From Octopus sinensis (taxonomy: Eukaryota), in contig NW_021825710.1 in NCBI RefSeq assembly GCF_006345805.1, positions 124,001 through 188,000 on the forward strand: DNA of 64,000 nt, given 5' to 3'. The position numbers and the translations under genes are program-made. This document shows positions 39,982-52,320 of the stretch, piece after piece. Each line of letters begins with the position of its first letter. Position 1 is the first letter of the stretch. The notes beneath the pieces were generated by a model. It had not been told where the DNA came from and did no database searches. It worked only from the letters and a program-made list of their open reading frames with translations.

Positions 39982-42900
39982 TTTTTCACATTCTCGTTTA
40001 AACTCGGTTGTATAAATATTCACGGCCTGGGGTCGTATTGGAAGCAAGGCTACCTCCTTAACGACCTTAACGATCGTTTGGATGTAGTGGTAATTACCGA
40101 ATCCAGACTGAGTGAGCTGCAGGCCTTTACGCTCCTTCTAAACGGCTACGAGAAATACGTTTCTCCCTGTCGACCTGGAGGGGGCGGAGGAGTGGCAGTG
40201 CTAGTCAGGAAAGACCTGGATTTAGAGATTAGAACTGTCTTTATAGATCCGGAAGGCAGGTTGGTCGTTTTTGATGTGACGCGCAGTAGTGGTAAAGTGT
40301 TCAGGCTGGTCGCTGTCTATGCTCCCTGCGAAGGAAAAGCCGGACAGAAAGAGTATTTCAAAAGCCTAGAGAATTTTCTTGGCACGTCGAACACGTTAGT
40401 ATTGCTAGGTGACTTCAACATAATTTGCGATGCAAGCGTAGATTATGTTGGCTCGAGAAAGAATAGGAGGGGATTACCTCACCCAAGTCGTTTCGAATTG
40501 GCAGATAGATTCAGACTGGACCACCCAGACACTCCAGCGTGGACCTGGGCAAGAAACGACGGGTCGTCCAGATCATACATTGATAGAATCATAACTAGAA
40601 AGAAAGATAAGAAAATACTTAGCTGTCCACAACACCATATCGTCAGCTACAGCGAGCACAAATTAGTGACCTGTACGCTCGACATAGATAGCATGTGTAG
40701 ACGAGGTACCGGTTACTGGAAGCTAAACAAGTCACTATTGGACTGTGAAGCCTACAGGAATCAGATTAAACAATTAGTAATGAGGGCGTTAACCGGATCC
40801 ATTATCAACAACAAATGGTGGTACGCCCTGAAAAGAGCCATCAAATTTGAGTCAATTAGGTTTAGCAAAGAACTAGCTAGTGCAAGAAACAAAGTAGAAA
40901 AAGAACTAGTTAAGGCAATAGAGGAGGCAATGAGGTCAGGCAGTGCATCGAAAGTGTTAGCGGCGAGGTTAGCACTCGACCAACATCTCAAAGCTAAACA
41001 TGAAGGATACATTGTCAGGGCTAAGATCCGTGCAATGAGACCGGAAGGGATCAGCGCAGCCGGATGGGCCCGGGTGGTAGAGGGCGAGCGTGGCAACAAC
41101 TCAACCATTCGATCCTTGACGGGCCCAAATGGTCGATTAGTAAACGAACCCGAGGAAATGTGCAAGGTGCTTCATGATCATTTCACCCAGCTATTCGGGA
41201 GGAGCGGCGAGCTGGAGCGCGGGGAGAAGCTCGCAGACTTCCTAGCCGGTTCGCCGCGTCTATCGGGGCTGGACGCGGAATCTTGTGAGGCGCCGATCAG
41301 AGCCAAAGAAGTCGAGGAAATGTTGGCAGACTGCGGCGGGGACAAATCGCCGGGACTCGATGGTCTGCCTTACGAACTCTATAGTAGCATGCCAGACTTG
41401 TTTGGGCACCTACTTGCATGCGTGTACACCAACTGGCAGCAGAACGGGAGAATTCCTAAGTCTGTGAGCCGAGGGGTGGTGGCGCTGTTAAGAAAGGACC
41501 CAAACAAGGGGGATTTAATTGATAATTTTGGCCCATCACTCTGCTTAACGCAGAGTTGAAGATTTTGGCCAAGGTCTTAGCAAAGAGGTTGGCGCGGGTC
41601 GTGGGTGAACTTGTTGGCGAAACGCAAACTTGCGCCATCCCTGGAAGGACCATCCACGACAATCTCCACTTTCTACGCTATGCCTTAGAAAGGGTAAATA
41701 GGATTCCTGGCAAGGGTGGGGCTATGGTCCACTTGGACCAATCGAAAGCGTTTGATAGGGTGAACCATCAGTATCTCGCGGCGGCTGGCTTCGGCCCGAC
41801 CTTCCGCGGATGGATCATCGCTTTATACAGCAACATCGAATCGGTAGTTCGGGTAAATGGTTTCCTTTCGGAGCCATTCAGCATTGAACGTTCGGTACGT
41901 CAACGGTGTCCTCTCTCCCTGCTTCTCTACGTTTTGGCCCTCGAGCCGTTGCTGAGGAGGTTGGAAACTATGAGGGCCACTCCGCAAGATCTAGGGTGCG
42001 GAAAGTCAGCTTCGGCGTATGCGGACGACATCACCGTCATCGTTTCCCGAGTCGAGCACCTACAGTGGGTGGCTGAGGCCTTAAGGGACTACGAAGCGGT
42101 GGCAGGAGCGAAAGTCAACCGGGATAAATCGGTCGGCTTGCAACTCGGCACCTGGAGGGGCAAGTCGCAGGACGTTGGACGGAAGGACCGGTGAAAATGC
42201 TTGGAATCTGGTTAGGTCCAGATCTCCAGATAGAGAAGAGCTGGCGCGAGGTGGCGAGAAAGGTGGCTCTCCTAACTCAGACATGGTCTGAGCGGAAGCT
42301 GTCCTTGAAAGGGAGGGCGGAGGTTGCAGATGTGTTTATCGCCTCTGTAATCACTTACCGCCTGACCGTCGTGCCTTGCCCCGATTCGTGGCTGAACAAA
42401 CTGGAACGCATGCTCTTTCGCTTTTTGTGGAGGGGCAGCAGACCTCTTGTAAGGCGCTCTATTTGCTGCCAAAAGCCGGTGAAGGGTAGGTTAGGGATGC
42501 CGTGGCTAAAAATGCGCAGACATGCGCTCAGGCTTAGGCACCTCTGGATTTACCTGTTATTTCCACAGTTCACATCGTTTAACGAACTGAACCCATGGAT
42601 CAAGTGTAGACCGAGGTTGGGCATGTGGCATGCAGAGTGCTATCAGGCACTCGTGCTTCTCTCCCAGTCGGGCAACGCCGGTGGCGGGGCTACTACCTCG
42701 TTCTTCTATAGAGGGTTAGTAGAGTTTAAGTGTGACGACGTCCTAGGAGAAACTCTGGGCTTCGACGAAAATCAACTGGCCAGCCTGTTCCAAAGAACAT
42801 TCGGTCCGAGGCCTATGGATAATTACCAAAAGTCCCTGGCCTGGTAATGTTACAGAGGAGCTTTACCGGTTCGAGATAAGCTCTTTAGACATGGGTGTGC

Positions 42901-43315
42901 ACCTTCGCCGGTTTGTGCAAGATGTGAGAAGGACAGTGAAACTGTCCTGCACGCGATTGTGCAATGCCCCAAGGTGACTGAACTCTGGGCTTATGTCGAA
43001 CACCTACTGTCGCATTCGAGAAGAGTACAACTGTCGAGCGAATCTGTAATTAAGATAGTTCCGCCGACCTCCCTGAATAGGGAGGAGCGAGCCTGTTTTC
43101 TTTCGGTAGTTGCTATGGCGAAAGAAGTAGTGTGGAAGACGAGAGTAAAAGGAATTGCAACAGGCATGTTTATCTCCAGTCTCGAGCTAATTGACTTTTT
43201 CGTTTTCCACATGAAACGGAAAATAAGGCTGGAGAAGAAATGCCTGTCGCAAAGTGTGTTTCGTAAAAGATGGAAGTCTATAGCAAGTATGTTGCGAGTG
43301 AAAGAACCTGTTTAA
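39982..43315 (+). pseudogene. Tx1-type ORF2p (APE endonuclease, RT, C-terminal CCHC), 2 frameshifts and 1 nonsense codon
   Basis: CINIHGL..VITES, GDFN, SYIDR, GYWKLN, KSPGLDGLP, LDQSKAFDRV, YADD; TAA at 42845-42847 is in frame with 42959..43315 (CARC..ETVLH..C). Confidence 0.9.
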
Positions 43316-43531
43316 TCGAGAATGTAAAAAAGGAGAAAGCAAAGTCTTCAGTGTGAGTATGTGGTTTGTGGGGTCAACTACGTCCTCCGCTTCATTTTTT
43401 GTTAATCACTCATTCTCATTTAATTGTATATATTTTAATTGTTTGTTTATTCATATGTTTCGTCTCATTCGATACCCTGACCCCAACGTTTGTTTTGTCC
43501 CCTCTTTTTCTCAACCTTATGGTGAATAAAG

Positions 43532-43696
<165 letters not shown>

Positions 43697-43809
43697 TCAA
43701 GCAGCCAAGGGACATAAACAAATCCAAAAATATTCGGCTTTAGCAACATAACTTTGAGGCACAAATACGCGCCTAAAGAATGTTAACTTCCCGGTCCACT
43801 CTATATGTA

Positions 43810-43884
<75 letters not shown>

Positions 43885-43904
43885 CCTCTCTCTCTCTCTT
43901 TCTC

Positions 43905-44043
43905 TATCATAAAGCTGCAAAGACATTAAAAAAACTGTTACTCAGAGTTTCACGTTCCAGTTCGTTGGACCAAAACTGTCCGACGGACGGGAAGGTGAAA
44001 CTCTGAGTAACAGTTTCTGTAATATCTTTGCAGCTTTATAATA
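43905..44043. repeat. 139-bp near-perfect palindrome (MITE-like hairpin)
   Basis: Arms ataaagctgcaaagacatta..ctgttactcagagtttcac and gtgaaactctgagtaacag..taatatctttgcagctttat; inner arms also pair; short A-rich loop near 43972. Confidence 0.8.
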
Positions 44044-44264
44044 AAGCATATTACTCTACCTCCGATATTCGAGAACTATTTTTTCCACCTTGTTTCACAG
44101 TTATGTCCTTACTCTGGTATACATGTAACATATATATGTTTTCATACATGCTTATACACACAGCGAATCCTCGTTAACTTCGTCAGAAGAAAGTTTTGGT
44201 TAATTCAACCGAAAATTGAAATGCTCATTTCAATTTTTAGCACTTAGCCAGAAATTTCGGTGGA

Positions 44265-44432
44265 GGGGTAAATCGATTGCATTGACTCTAGTGCATAATA
44301 TGTACTTAATTTATCCACTCCAAAAGAATGGAAGGCAAAAATCAACCTCGGTGAAATTTAAACTCAGGACCTAAAGACGGACGAAATACTGCATTTTGTC
44401 CGGCGGGCTAATGATTCTACCAGCTCACTGCC
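44265..44432 (-). mobile_element. tRNA-derived SINE (same family as 16085-16300)
   Basis: Alignment by eye. Confidence 0.75.
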
Positions 44433-44463
44433 TTAATATAATACAAGATAATATAATATATAC

Positions 44464-44498
<35 letters not shown>

Positions 44499-44544
44499 TG
44501 TATGTATGTATGTATGTATGTATGTATGTATGTATGTATGTATA

Positions 44545-46960
44545 CATGGATCTCTGCTTCACAAATAATGTGGATCTCATCCATAATGTGAAAGTGACAC
44601 CGACACTACTCTCGGATCACAACATGGTAGAGCTGACCATGTACGGGCCAAAAGAGAGCACGGACATGCAGTCTACAAGAAACTCTCAGAATCTTTCCAG
44701 CTTAAACTTTCATAAGGCAAACTGGAAACAAATTGAGAAAGAGATCCTCAAACAAAACTGGCCTGAATGTCTCTCCTCGCCAGACATCAACATGAAACTT
44801 CAACAATTCATGTCTGTAATGCAAGCCATATGCTACAAATGTGTCCCAGAGAGAAAGGCCACTGTACACAAGAACAAAATCCCCAGAGAGAGGAAAATTC
44901 TAATGAGACGGCGTACAAAAGTTTCAAATCGCCTAAACAAATTGAAAGCAGTGAAAAGTCCCGCCTAAAAATAAAACTGTTGGAAATTGAAAAATGTCTG
45001 CAACTCTCCCATGAAAAAGAAAGAGCAGACAAAGAAGCCTGGGTTATAGACAACATAAAATTTAACCCCAGAGCTTTCTACAGGTATGCCAAAGAAACAG
45101 CTACGGTGCACTGTAGGATAGGGCCACTCCTTGAAAAGGATGGCACACTCACAGGAAATCCAATGAGGATAAGTGAAATACTAAATGAGCAATTCAAGAG
45201 TATTTTCACTCCACCCTTAGGGCATTTTCAAGTCAGCAATCCAACTGACTTCTTTACCACTGCAGATATAAAATCAGAGGCAGCGATGATTGATTACATC
45301 AATATAAAGGAAGACGATGTAATAAAGGCTATAGATGAAATGAAAACAAACTCAGCTACTGGCCCCGATGGATTCCCAGCAATCCTTCTAAAAGTATGTA
45401 AGAGAGTCCTAGCAAGACCACTGCAGTTCCTCTTTCAGAGCTTCCTTGCAACTGGCAAACTTCCAAGAAAACTGAAGGAAGGTAAAATATGCTCTATTCA
45501 TAAAGGAGGTAGTAGAGCGGAGGCCAAGAACTACAGACCTATCTCTCTGACCTCACAAATCAGCAAGGTCATGGAAAGAATAGTCAGAAGGAAACTAATC
45601 ACCTTCCTTGAACAAAATGACTTGCTGCCTGACACCCAACATGGTTTCCGACCAGGAAGAAGCTGCCTAACTCAGCTCCTACAACACTATGACTGGGTGT
45701 TGAAATGACTGCTCAACCACTCAAATGTGGAAGTCATATATCTCGACTTTGCAAAGGCCTTTGATAAAGTCGATCGTGGAACGATATGTCACAAACTGCG
45801 TGATCTTGGCATAGCTGGAAAATTGGGAGAATGACTTCATGACTTTCTGAAGGATAGAAGCCAGGTGGTAGTAGCAAATAGTGAGCGGTGTTCCGCAAGA
45901 CACTGTTTTGTGACCACTACTGTTCATAATGGCCCTCTCAGACATGCCCTCAGCCACGCAGAGAGCCACGATCACAAGTTATGCAGATGATACAAAAGTT
46001 TCACAGGCAATACAGAACCCTGAAGACACTATGCACCTGCAATGTGAACTGGACAAAATATACAAGTGGGCTGAAAAGAATAGCATGCAGTTCAATGCTG
46101 AAAAGTTTCAAGCTTTATACTATCAGCATGCAAAACTAAATGCAGTACCCAATAAATACACTGGACCTGGAGAGATTGCAATCCCAGAGGCACAATCAGT
46201 GCGAGACCTAGGTATTGACATGAGTGATGATGCAACCTTTCATGTGCATGTTGCTAGATTGGCAATGAAATGTAGGCGGCTGACCGGATGGATTCTTAGA
46301 ACCTTTAGAACAAGAGACCAAGAAACCATGATGGTCCTCTGGAGGACACTTGTCCTAAGCCACTTTGACTATTGCTCTCATCTATGGTCACCATCCAGTG
46401 TCAAGTTAATCACAGAACTTGAGGCGATCCAACGAAGCTACACGAAGAAGATAGCCTCTGTGCAGCATATAAGCTACTGGGAGAGACTCAAGAGATTAAG
46501 ACTCTATTCCTTAGAGCGTAGGCGAAGATCCTAGAAGGACTTGTCCCAAACTTTGGTATCGAGAGTTACACAAATGCTAGAACTGGGCGCCACTGCATAG
46601 TGCCAAGGACTCCAAATTTGCCATCAAGATGTAGTACAAGATACTGTGATAGCCTGGGCTTCAGAGGCCCACAGCTCTTCAATATCCTCCCGAAGAACCT
46701 GAGAGACCTGCATGGGGTGGATGCAGATGTCTTTAATATAAAACTGGATCTCTTCCTGTCAGGTGTCCCAGATGAACCAACTTCACGGCAGGAGCTGCAG
46801 ATGAGGGCAGCTACATCGAACTCTCACATGCACCAAATAGCAATTGCTAAAAAGCATTCGTGAAGTAAAATCATGTAGCAACACCAAATGGCGGTGCCCC
46901 AGCATGGCCACAGCTCGTGCGCTGAAACTAGTTAAATAAAATAAAATAAATAAAATAAAA
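44545..46960 (+). mobile_element. CR1-group LINE, 5'-truncated ORF2 (end of APE + RT) with 3' UTR
   Basis: LDLCFTN..SDH; GPDGFP; NYRPISLTS; QHGFRPGRSC; YLDFAKAFDKV; YADDTK; RDLGI; LRLYSLERRR; (TAAAA)-type tail. Confidence 0.92.
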
Positions 46961-47599
46961 ATATATGTATGCATGCATGAATGCATGCACGCATGCACGA
47001 ACGTATGTATGTATCTGTGCATATGTATGTATCATGTATGTATGTATGTATGTATGTATGTATGTATGTATGTATGTATGTATGTATGTATGTATGTATG
47101 TATGTATGTATGTATAACCTGTTTGCTGTACATGATAAGCAGAAGTAAAATTACAAAACTTTCAATGAACGTCACATAAGATTGGTTGAATAGGTGGGGT
47201 TACAGGTGGAGTTAATTTGTCGTTTTGATTTAGTAGGGCTGTGAAACTCCACTGGTTGAGGTGGTTGAAAGGACGCTGAGTCAACAATGATATCGTCAAT
47301 ATCATCATTATCATCAGCAAGCTTAACAACTGCTGCAAGGGTTGGAGGATTAAACTCGAAGAAAGAATAGAGTTCTAGCTGTTTCTAGTAAATGAGTTCC
47401 TTTAAGGATCTAAGACATTGATAATTTTGCTGAACCTCAGTTTTCCATGGAAAAGCAAGAGTACAAAGTTATCTTATTCTTATTCTCGCTTAATAAAAAC
47501 TGAACGGAGCTTTTATATATATATATATTTCTGAATTTGTGTAAATGTGTATAGAATAATATATCAGTTGAACAAAGTTAAAACATGGTCTGGTTTTCA

Positions 47600-50280
47600 C
47601 GTTTTTTATTATGGTATTTTATAGCAATATAAATTTTTTTACAATGTTGAAGTGTGTTAAACATTAAAAAATATTTTGTAATGTTCATAAAGTTCAATTA
47701 GCGCTTTCATACGTTCGTAGTAATCATCAGATTTCAAAATGTATTTAACTGACAGTTGAGTTCTTGACAACTGTAGTCAAATGGCTGACTTCTTTCTTTT
47801 TGTACCTCTTAGAAAGCCGAATTTTTGGAATACGGTTTTGACCAATCTGCATGTGGCTTAAACGTCACGGTTTGCTAGACGTACCGATATTACTGGCATT
47901 GATCCCGCCTTTATTTTAACCCATTAGCTTGTGATTTATACGTAATGGTTTTATGAGTGAGCAAGCTTAGTTGGTTTCGATCGTTTTTATTTCAATTGGT
48001 AGGAATCTTCTGTAATTTGTTTATATTCTTATGTTAAAGATATTTTTTAATCCACATCATTAATTGGTTGTTATATTATAGTTCCGTTCAGAACAGGTTT
48101 GAACATTTTAATAAACCGTTTTTCTTTTATCTTTCTTCCAGCCTCACTTGTGTCATGTAGTTTGTGGAAAGGAAAAATTAGAGACATTTTCTGACCACAT
48201 GTTTCTATATGTTCGCTCAATGGAATTTGGCGAACATTAATGGCCGGGATTCGTTGCTTAAGGATTCGTGAGCGCTCCGACAGTACATTCCCAGTTTCGC
48301 TGATATATAATTCCTTGCAATTCAGGTATTTAATGCAGTAGATCAAATTTCTGCTTTTGCAGTCCATATCTGTATTTGCGAAAATCTGTCCATTTTTTGT
48401 CTTAATGGATCTACCAGTATTGACACGTTCCACATCTGTTATCATTACACTTGGGTACTATGAATGCTTTATCCTGTTTGTTCATATTGAACTTTGCCTT
48501 TATTAATAGTTTCTTTAGGTTATGTGGCTGCCTTTTACTTAGTTGTGTGATTAGTTATTGTAATTTTTTATTTTTCACTTTGTTTCATGATTGTTTTGAT
48601 GATGTTAAAAATGTCTTGATGATGCGGATTGTGTGTTACTAGAAATAGTATTGTGTTCTGTTGATGAGTTCGTCTTTCTCGTGTAGCCCTAAGTTGTTCC
48701 ATAGGTATCTCTTTTGCTCGTTGTGTGTTATTTTCTACAAGTAGGAAAGGGTGAGCAGAAATCTTTTGAGTTCTATAAGTGGTAGGTTCCTAGTATCATC
48801 TACTATAGTACAAATTTTCCTGGCTTGACAGTACGGGATGTTGCGTTTTGTGTGTGTTGGGTGGCATGATTTGAAATTTAGGTACTGGTGTGTATCTGCG
48901 TTTTTGTGATAAATATCAGTTGTGATTGTGGTGTTGTTTTTAATTACCATTATGTCAATAAATGGTAATTGAGAGTTGCTCATTTGTCCTGTGAATTTGA
49001 GACTAGGCTGTAGATTGCTGAGGAGGATACTGAATTCTTTCAGATTTTCTAGGGATTTGGTCCAAATTGGGAAACAATCCTCAAGGTATCTTTTCCATGT
49101 GTCCTCTGTATGTCTTCTAAAGGCCATGCAGTAGTTCTCTTCAATTTTTTGATATAGGTTTTGTTCCCAATACTGAGTTCGCGAAAACTGGTGCAAATCG
49201 CGTCCCCATAGCTGTGCCTCGAATTTGGAGGTAGTTTTTTTCCGTTGAAAAGGAATGTGTTGTTTTCGAGGATGAGTCTAACCGCGTTTAGTATGAAGAT
49301 TACAGTAAATCTGCTAAGGATCTCTTCTTTATATTTCTCGACCCAATATTTTATGGCAGTAATTCCCAAATCATGTGGAATATTCGTATATAAGTTTGTT
49401 ACATCAAATCTAACAGTGAATTGGATTCTGTAGTTTTGGGCAGATGAAACTGGGTATGTGACTACATAGTGGTTTTAGGATAATGTCAATGAGGTTGCCC
49501 AGGCGATGTGTAGAACAGGCTGAACCAGCTACGATGTACCTTAGTTTAAAGTCTTTTGGTTGTATTAGTTTTATGTATTCACTACCTTGTTCCTTTATAG
49601 CGTTTTGTATTTCTTTTGACTCGTGTATTTCAGGTAAGCCATAGAAGTTGCTGGATTTCGACTCAAAATTTATAATATAGTCCATTTCATTAGAAGTGAG
49701 AGAGTAATAACGTTTTGAAACTAAGTAATTGGGTTTCTTCATGATACGCTGATCAATATTCGAGGGCATTACATAGTAGAACGTTGTATCCTTCAAATGA
49801 TCTTCAGCTAGGTCCCGGTTATATTCCGTATCTATTATAACAATGGCACCTCCTTTATCTGTTTGTTTGATGACAATTGTGTTGTCATTTTTAAGACGTA
49901 TAAGGGCAGACTTTTCTAGTTTTGAAATGTTTGGTCTGACGTTGATGTTATGCCTCAGTGGAAATCTGGAGAGAATATCAATGATGTGTGTTTCGTCCTT
50001 TTGACGGGTTAAATTTTGATTTATTTCTCGCCAAAGTTTCATCATTCTCATTATTTTTATCAGTAGAAGACTCCGTAAGTCGTAGTTTCCGACAAAAGTT
50101 TTAGATATCTTCCTCCAATTCTTGATGACTGACAGTAGGTGTAGGTGTGAATTTTTGTCCTTTCATCAATAATCGAAGTTCGTCACTGTCTATATTTCTT
50201 TTTGACGGATTAATAATTTTAGGGTCTATCTTATCAGTTGTTTCACAGTTGTTTCTTCTTGGGCCTTTTATGTGTTTGCT
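47600..50280 (-). mobile_element. Penelope-like element, Neptune/Poseidon-like (RT + GIY-YIG), decayed
   Basis: VIKQTDKGGAIV, FYGLPEIHESK, LRYIVAG, LPFIDI..DIYHK..DTHQYLNFKSCHP; EN DCKSRNLIYCI...YISETG..LSER..PLSEH; boundaries approximate. Confidence 0.85.
47696..47733 (-). ncRNA. Minimal type I hammerhead ribozyme motif, weak stem I
   Basis: AAU CUGAUGA U(UAC..GUA)U GAA AGCGCU A|AUU; palindromic stem III; lies 3' of a PLE. Confidence 0.55.
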
Positions 50281-50299
50281 ATCCTGACCCTAAAAAATA

Positions 50300-50875
50300 G
50301 ATTCTTTTTCGCCTAATATTTCTTCTATTATTAACATCTTTTCTCTGGTGAGCTTTGAATTTTGGTTGTGGTGTTTGGTTAGAAATCTCTTCTGATTAAC
50401 TCTGAATAACCTGTTCTTCTGGTATCCCTTCATTCTTTGGTCGTATCTTACCATCTTTGCTTTCTTTGCAATGAGGCGCTGTTTCAGTTCCTTCTTTACC
50501 ACTTTCAGGCCCTTTCTTTCAATATCATACTTCCTATTCAGTGCCCGGTATTTTTGTTCGCTTTTAAGCTCTCCTTTCTCTTTTCCGTCTAACACAGAAA
50601 TGTCCTTCGAGAACACCGTTTCTCTTGTTCCTATGTATATTACTTATATTTTCAGCATGTGAAAATAATTTTGGGGGTTTATTTAACGGTCTAGTATGGT
50701 TTTTTTGCCACAAATGTCATGATTTATTTTCTTCTTTTGTAATACCTTTAATCCACATCTCTTTCATTTTCTCAGCTGTTTCCCGCAGCTATTTTCGATA
50801 TTGCCTCGATAATTTCATTGTCCACCGTTTCGTATTTTGTCTTGAATCGAAACTCTTTACTTAGATTGATAAAAA
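50300..50875 (-). mobile_element. R4/Dong-like LINE fragment from the pre-RT region
   Basis: ELKQRLIAKKAKMVRYDQRMKGYQKNRLFRVNQKRF parallels TLKQKVQAKALRIRRFEKRNKFYKQNKLFTSNAKKF in 19264..21087. Confidence 0.8.
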
Positions 50876-50883
50876 TGTCTGTC

Positions 50884-50916
<33 letters not shown>

Positions 50917-50943
50917 TTAATTACTGGTGAAGGCTGGTTTATA

Positions 50944-50999
50944 GGGTTACCCTGGGTTTCTCGTCATAAAGGGTACCCTTATGGCGTATCTTCAGATCC
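50944..50999 (-). ncRNA. Type I hammerhead ribozyme motif (intact core)
   Basis: GGAU CUGAAGA [stem II hairpin] GAA ACCC A GGGU A|ACCC; predicted cut between 50948 and 50947. Confidence 0.7.
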
Positions 51000-52320
51000 T
51001 AAGTCCCGATGGGCTATGGTCTCTTTAAAATACGCAGAGAGTAACGATACAGATATAAACAATGAGGATTATCTCCCTTTGGTGCTGGTCATCGGTTTCT
51101 GGCTGTATCTTCCTCCTTCAGTCACGCCACCTATGAGGGTAAAAGGTAGGGAGTTATCCCCTACTCTCATCAGCAATCAATTTCCAGCTGTGGTGTAATT
51201 ATCGTTAATACCGCTATTATCGTATTATGCGGTTCCCAAAACGCTAACAGGAATCTCCTGAAATGCAAGCACGGCCCGAAATTCTCCGATCTGGAGTTCA
51301 ATATGGTCCCTGGTACGTGCGAGTTTTTCAGGATTTCCATGCGTTCAGCTACGCATAACTTTCAGCGTTTCAGTCCATTTATGTACGGACCTGGACGGTG
51401 GAGGATTTTCCATGATATCGAGTATGGAATTCCATCTTCCTTCAGTTGCTACATATGGTTGACCAGCGATGTTACATATCTCCTTTTCGGGACCCTGAAG
51501 GAGGATCTATTGTTGGATCTAAGTTCCCGCGCATCCAATATATTTCTTTGTATGCGTGGAGCTGCTGTCGTCGGTGCTGTTATTGCTGTTGCCGTTGTTG
51601 CTGTTCTTGCGGTTGTAATTGTCGATGATGTTGCTGCCGTCGGTGCCGTTGTTGTTGTTGTTGTTGCTGCTGTTGATGGTGCTGGATTCTGGTGGTGCTG
51701 GAGCTGGTGGTTGCGTCGGTATGTCACTGCCTTCGCGTGTGTTGCCGGTGGTGCACGTGTTGCTGTTATTAAGCCTGCCGATGTTGATGTTGCTGCCGTT
51801 GTAGTTATTGCTGCTGCTGCTGCTGCTGCTGTTGCTGCTGGCGCTGATGTTGCTGCTGCCATTGTTGCAACTGGTGCTGACGATGATGATATTGCTGGGA
51901 TCGGCGAATCTGCTGCTACTGCTACTGTTGTTGTTGCTGGTGCTATCGTCGACGATGATGTTGCTGGGGCCGTTGGGGCCGTTGGTGCTGGTGAAGGTGG
52001 GGATTGGGGTGGCATTGGTAATGTTATTGCCGGATGTCGAGGGGCGCCGTCGATGTTACCACTACAGCCGAAAATATTACAGGATGTGGAAGGGGCGCTG
52101 TCGATGTAACCATTGTAGCCGAAAGTGTTACAATACATGTTATTATTGCTATTATTATCTTCCCTGGTGGTGGTGTGCCGTTCTCGTTGTCAGAGCTACC
52201 ATTATTCACGTCTATGCTGGTGCCTCTGCAAGGGGCGCTGCTGCTGTTGCTGCTGCTTCTGCTGCTGTTGGTGCTGCGGCCGATATAGTTTGGTCTGTTA
52301 CTGCTGCTTTGAGAACTGTC

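Noticed and set aside
44125-44186. Hammerhead candidate (CUGACGA...GAAA, minus strand)
   Set aside because: No stem I pairing and no clear stem II.
51060-51240. SECIS element for the TGA at 51362
   Set aside because: AUGA followed by 11 nt and AA is present, but I found no matching 3' GA or paired helix II; the AUGA is better explained as part of CUGAUGA. Needs SECISearch3 on a consensus.
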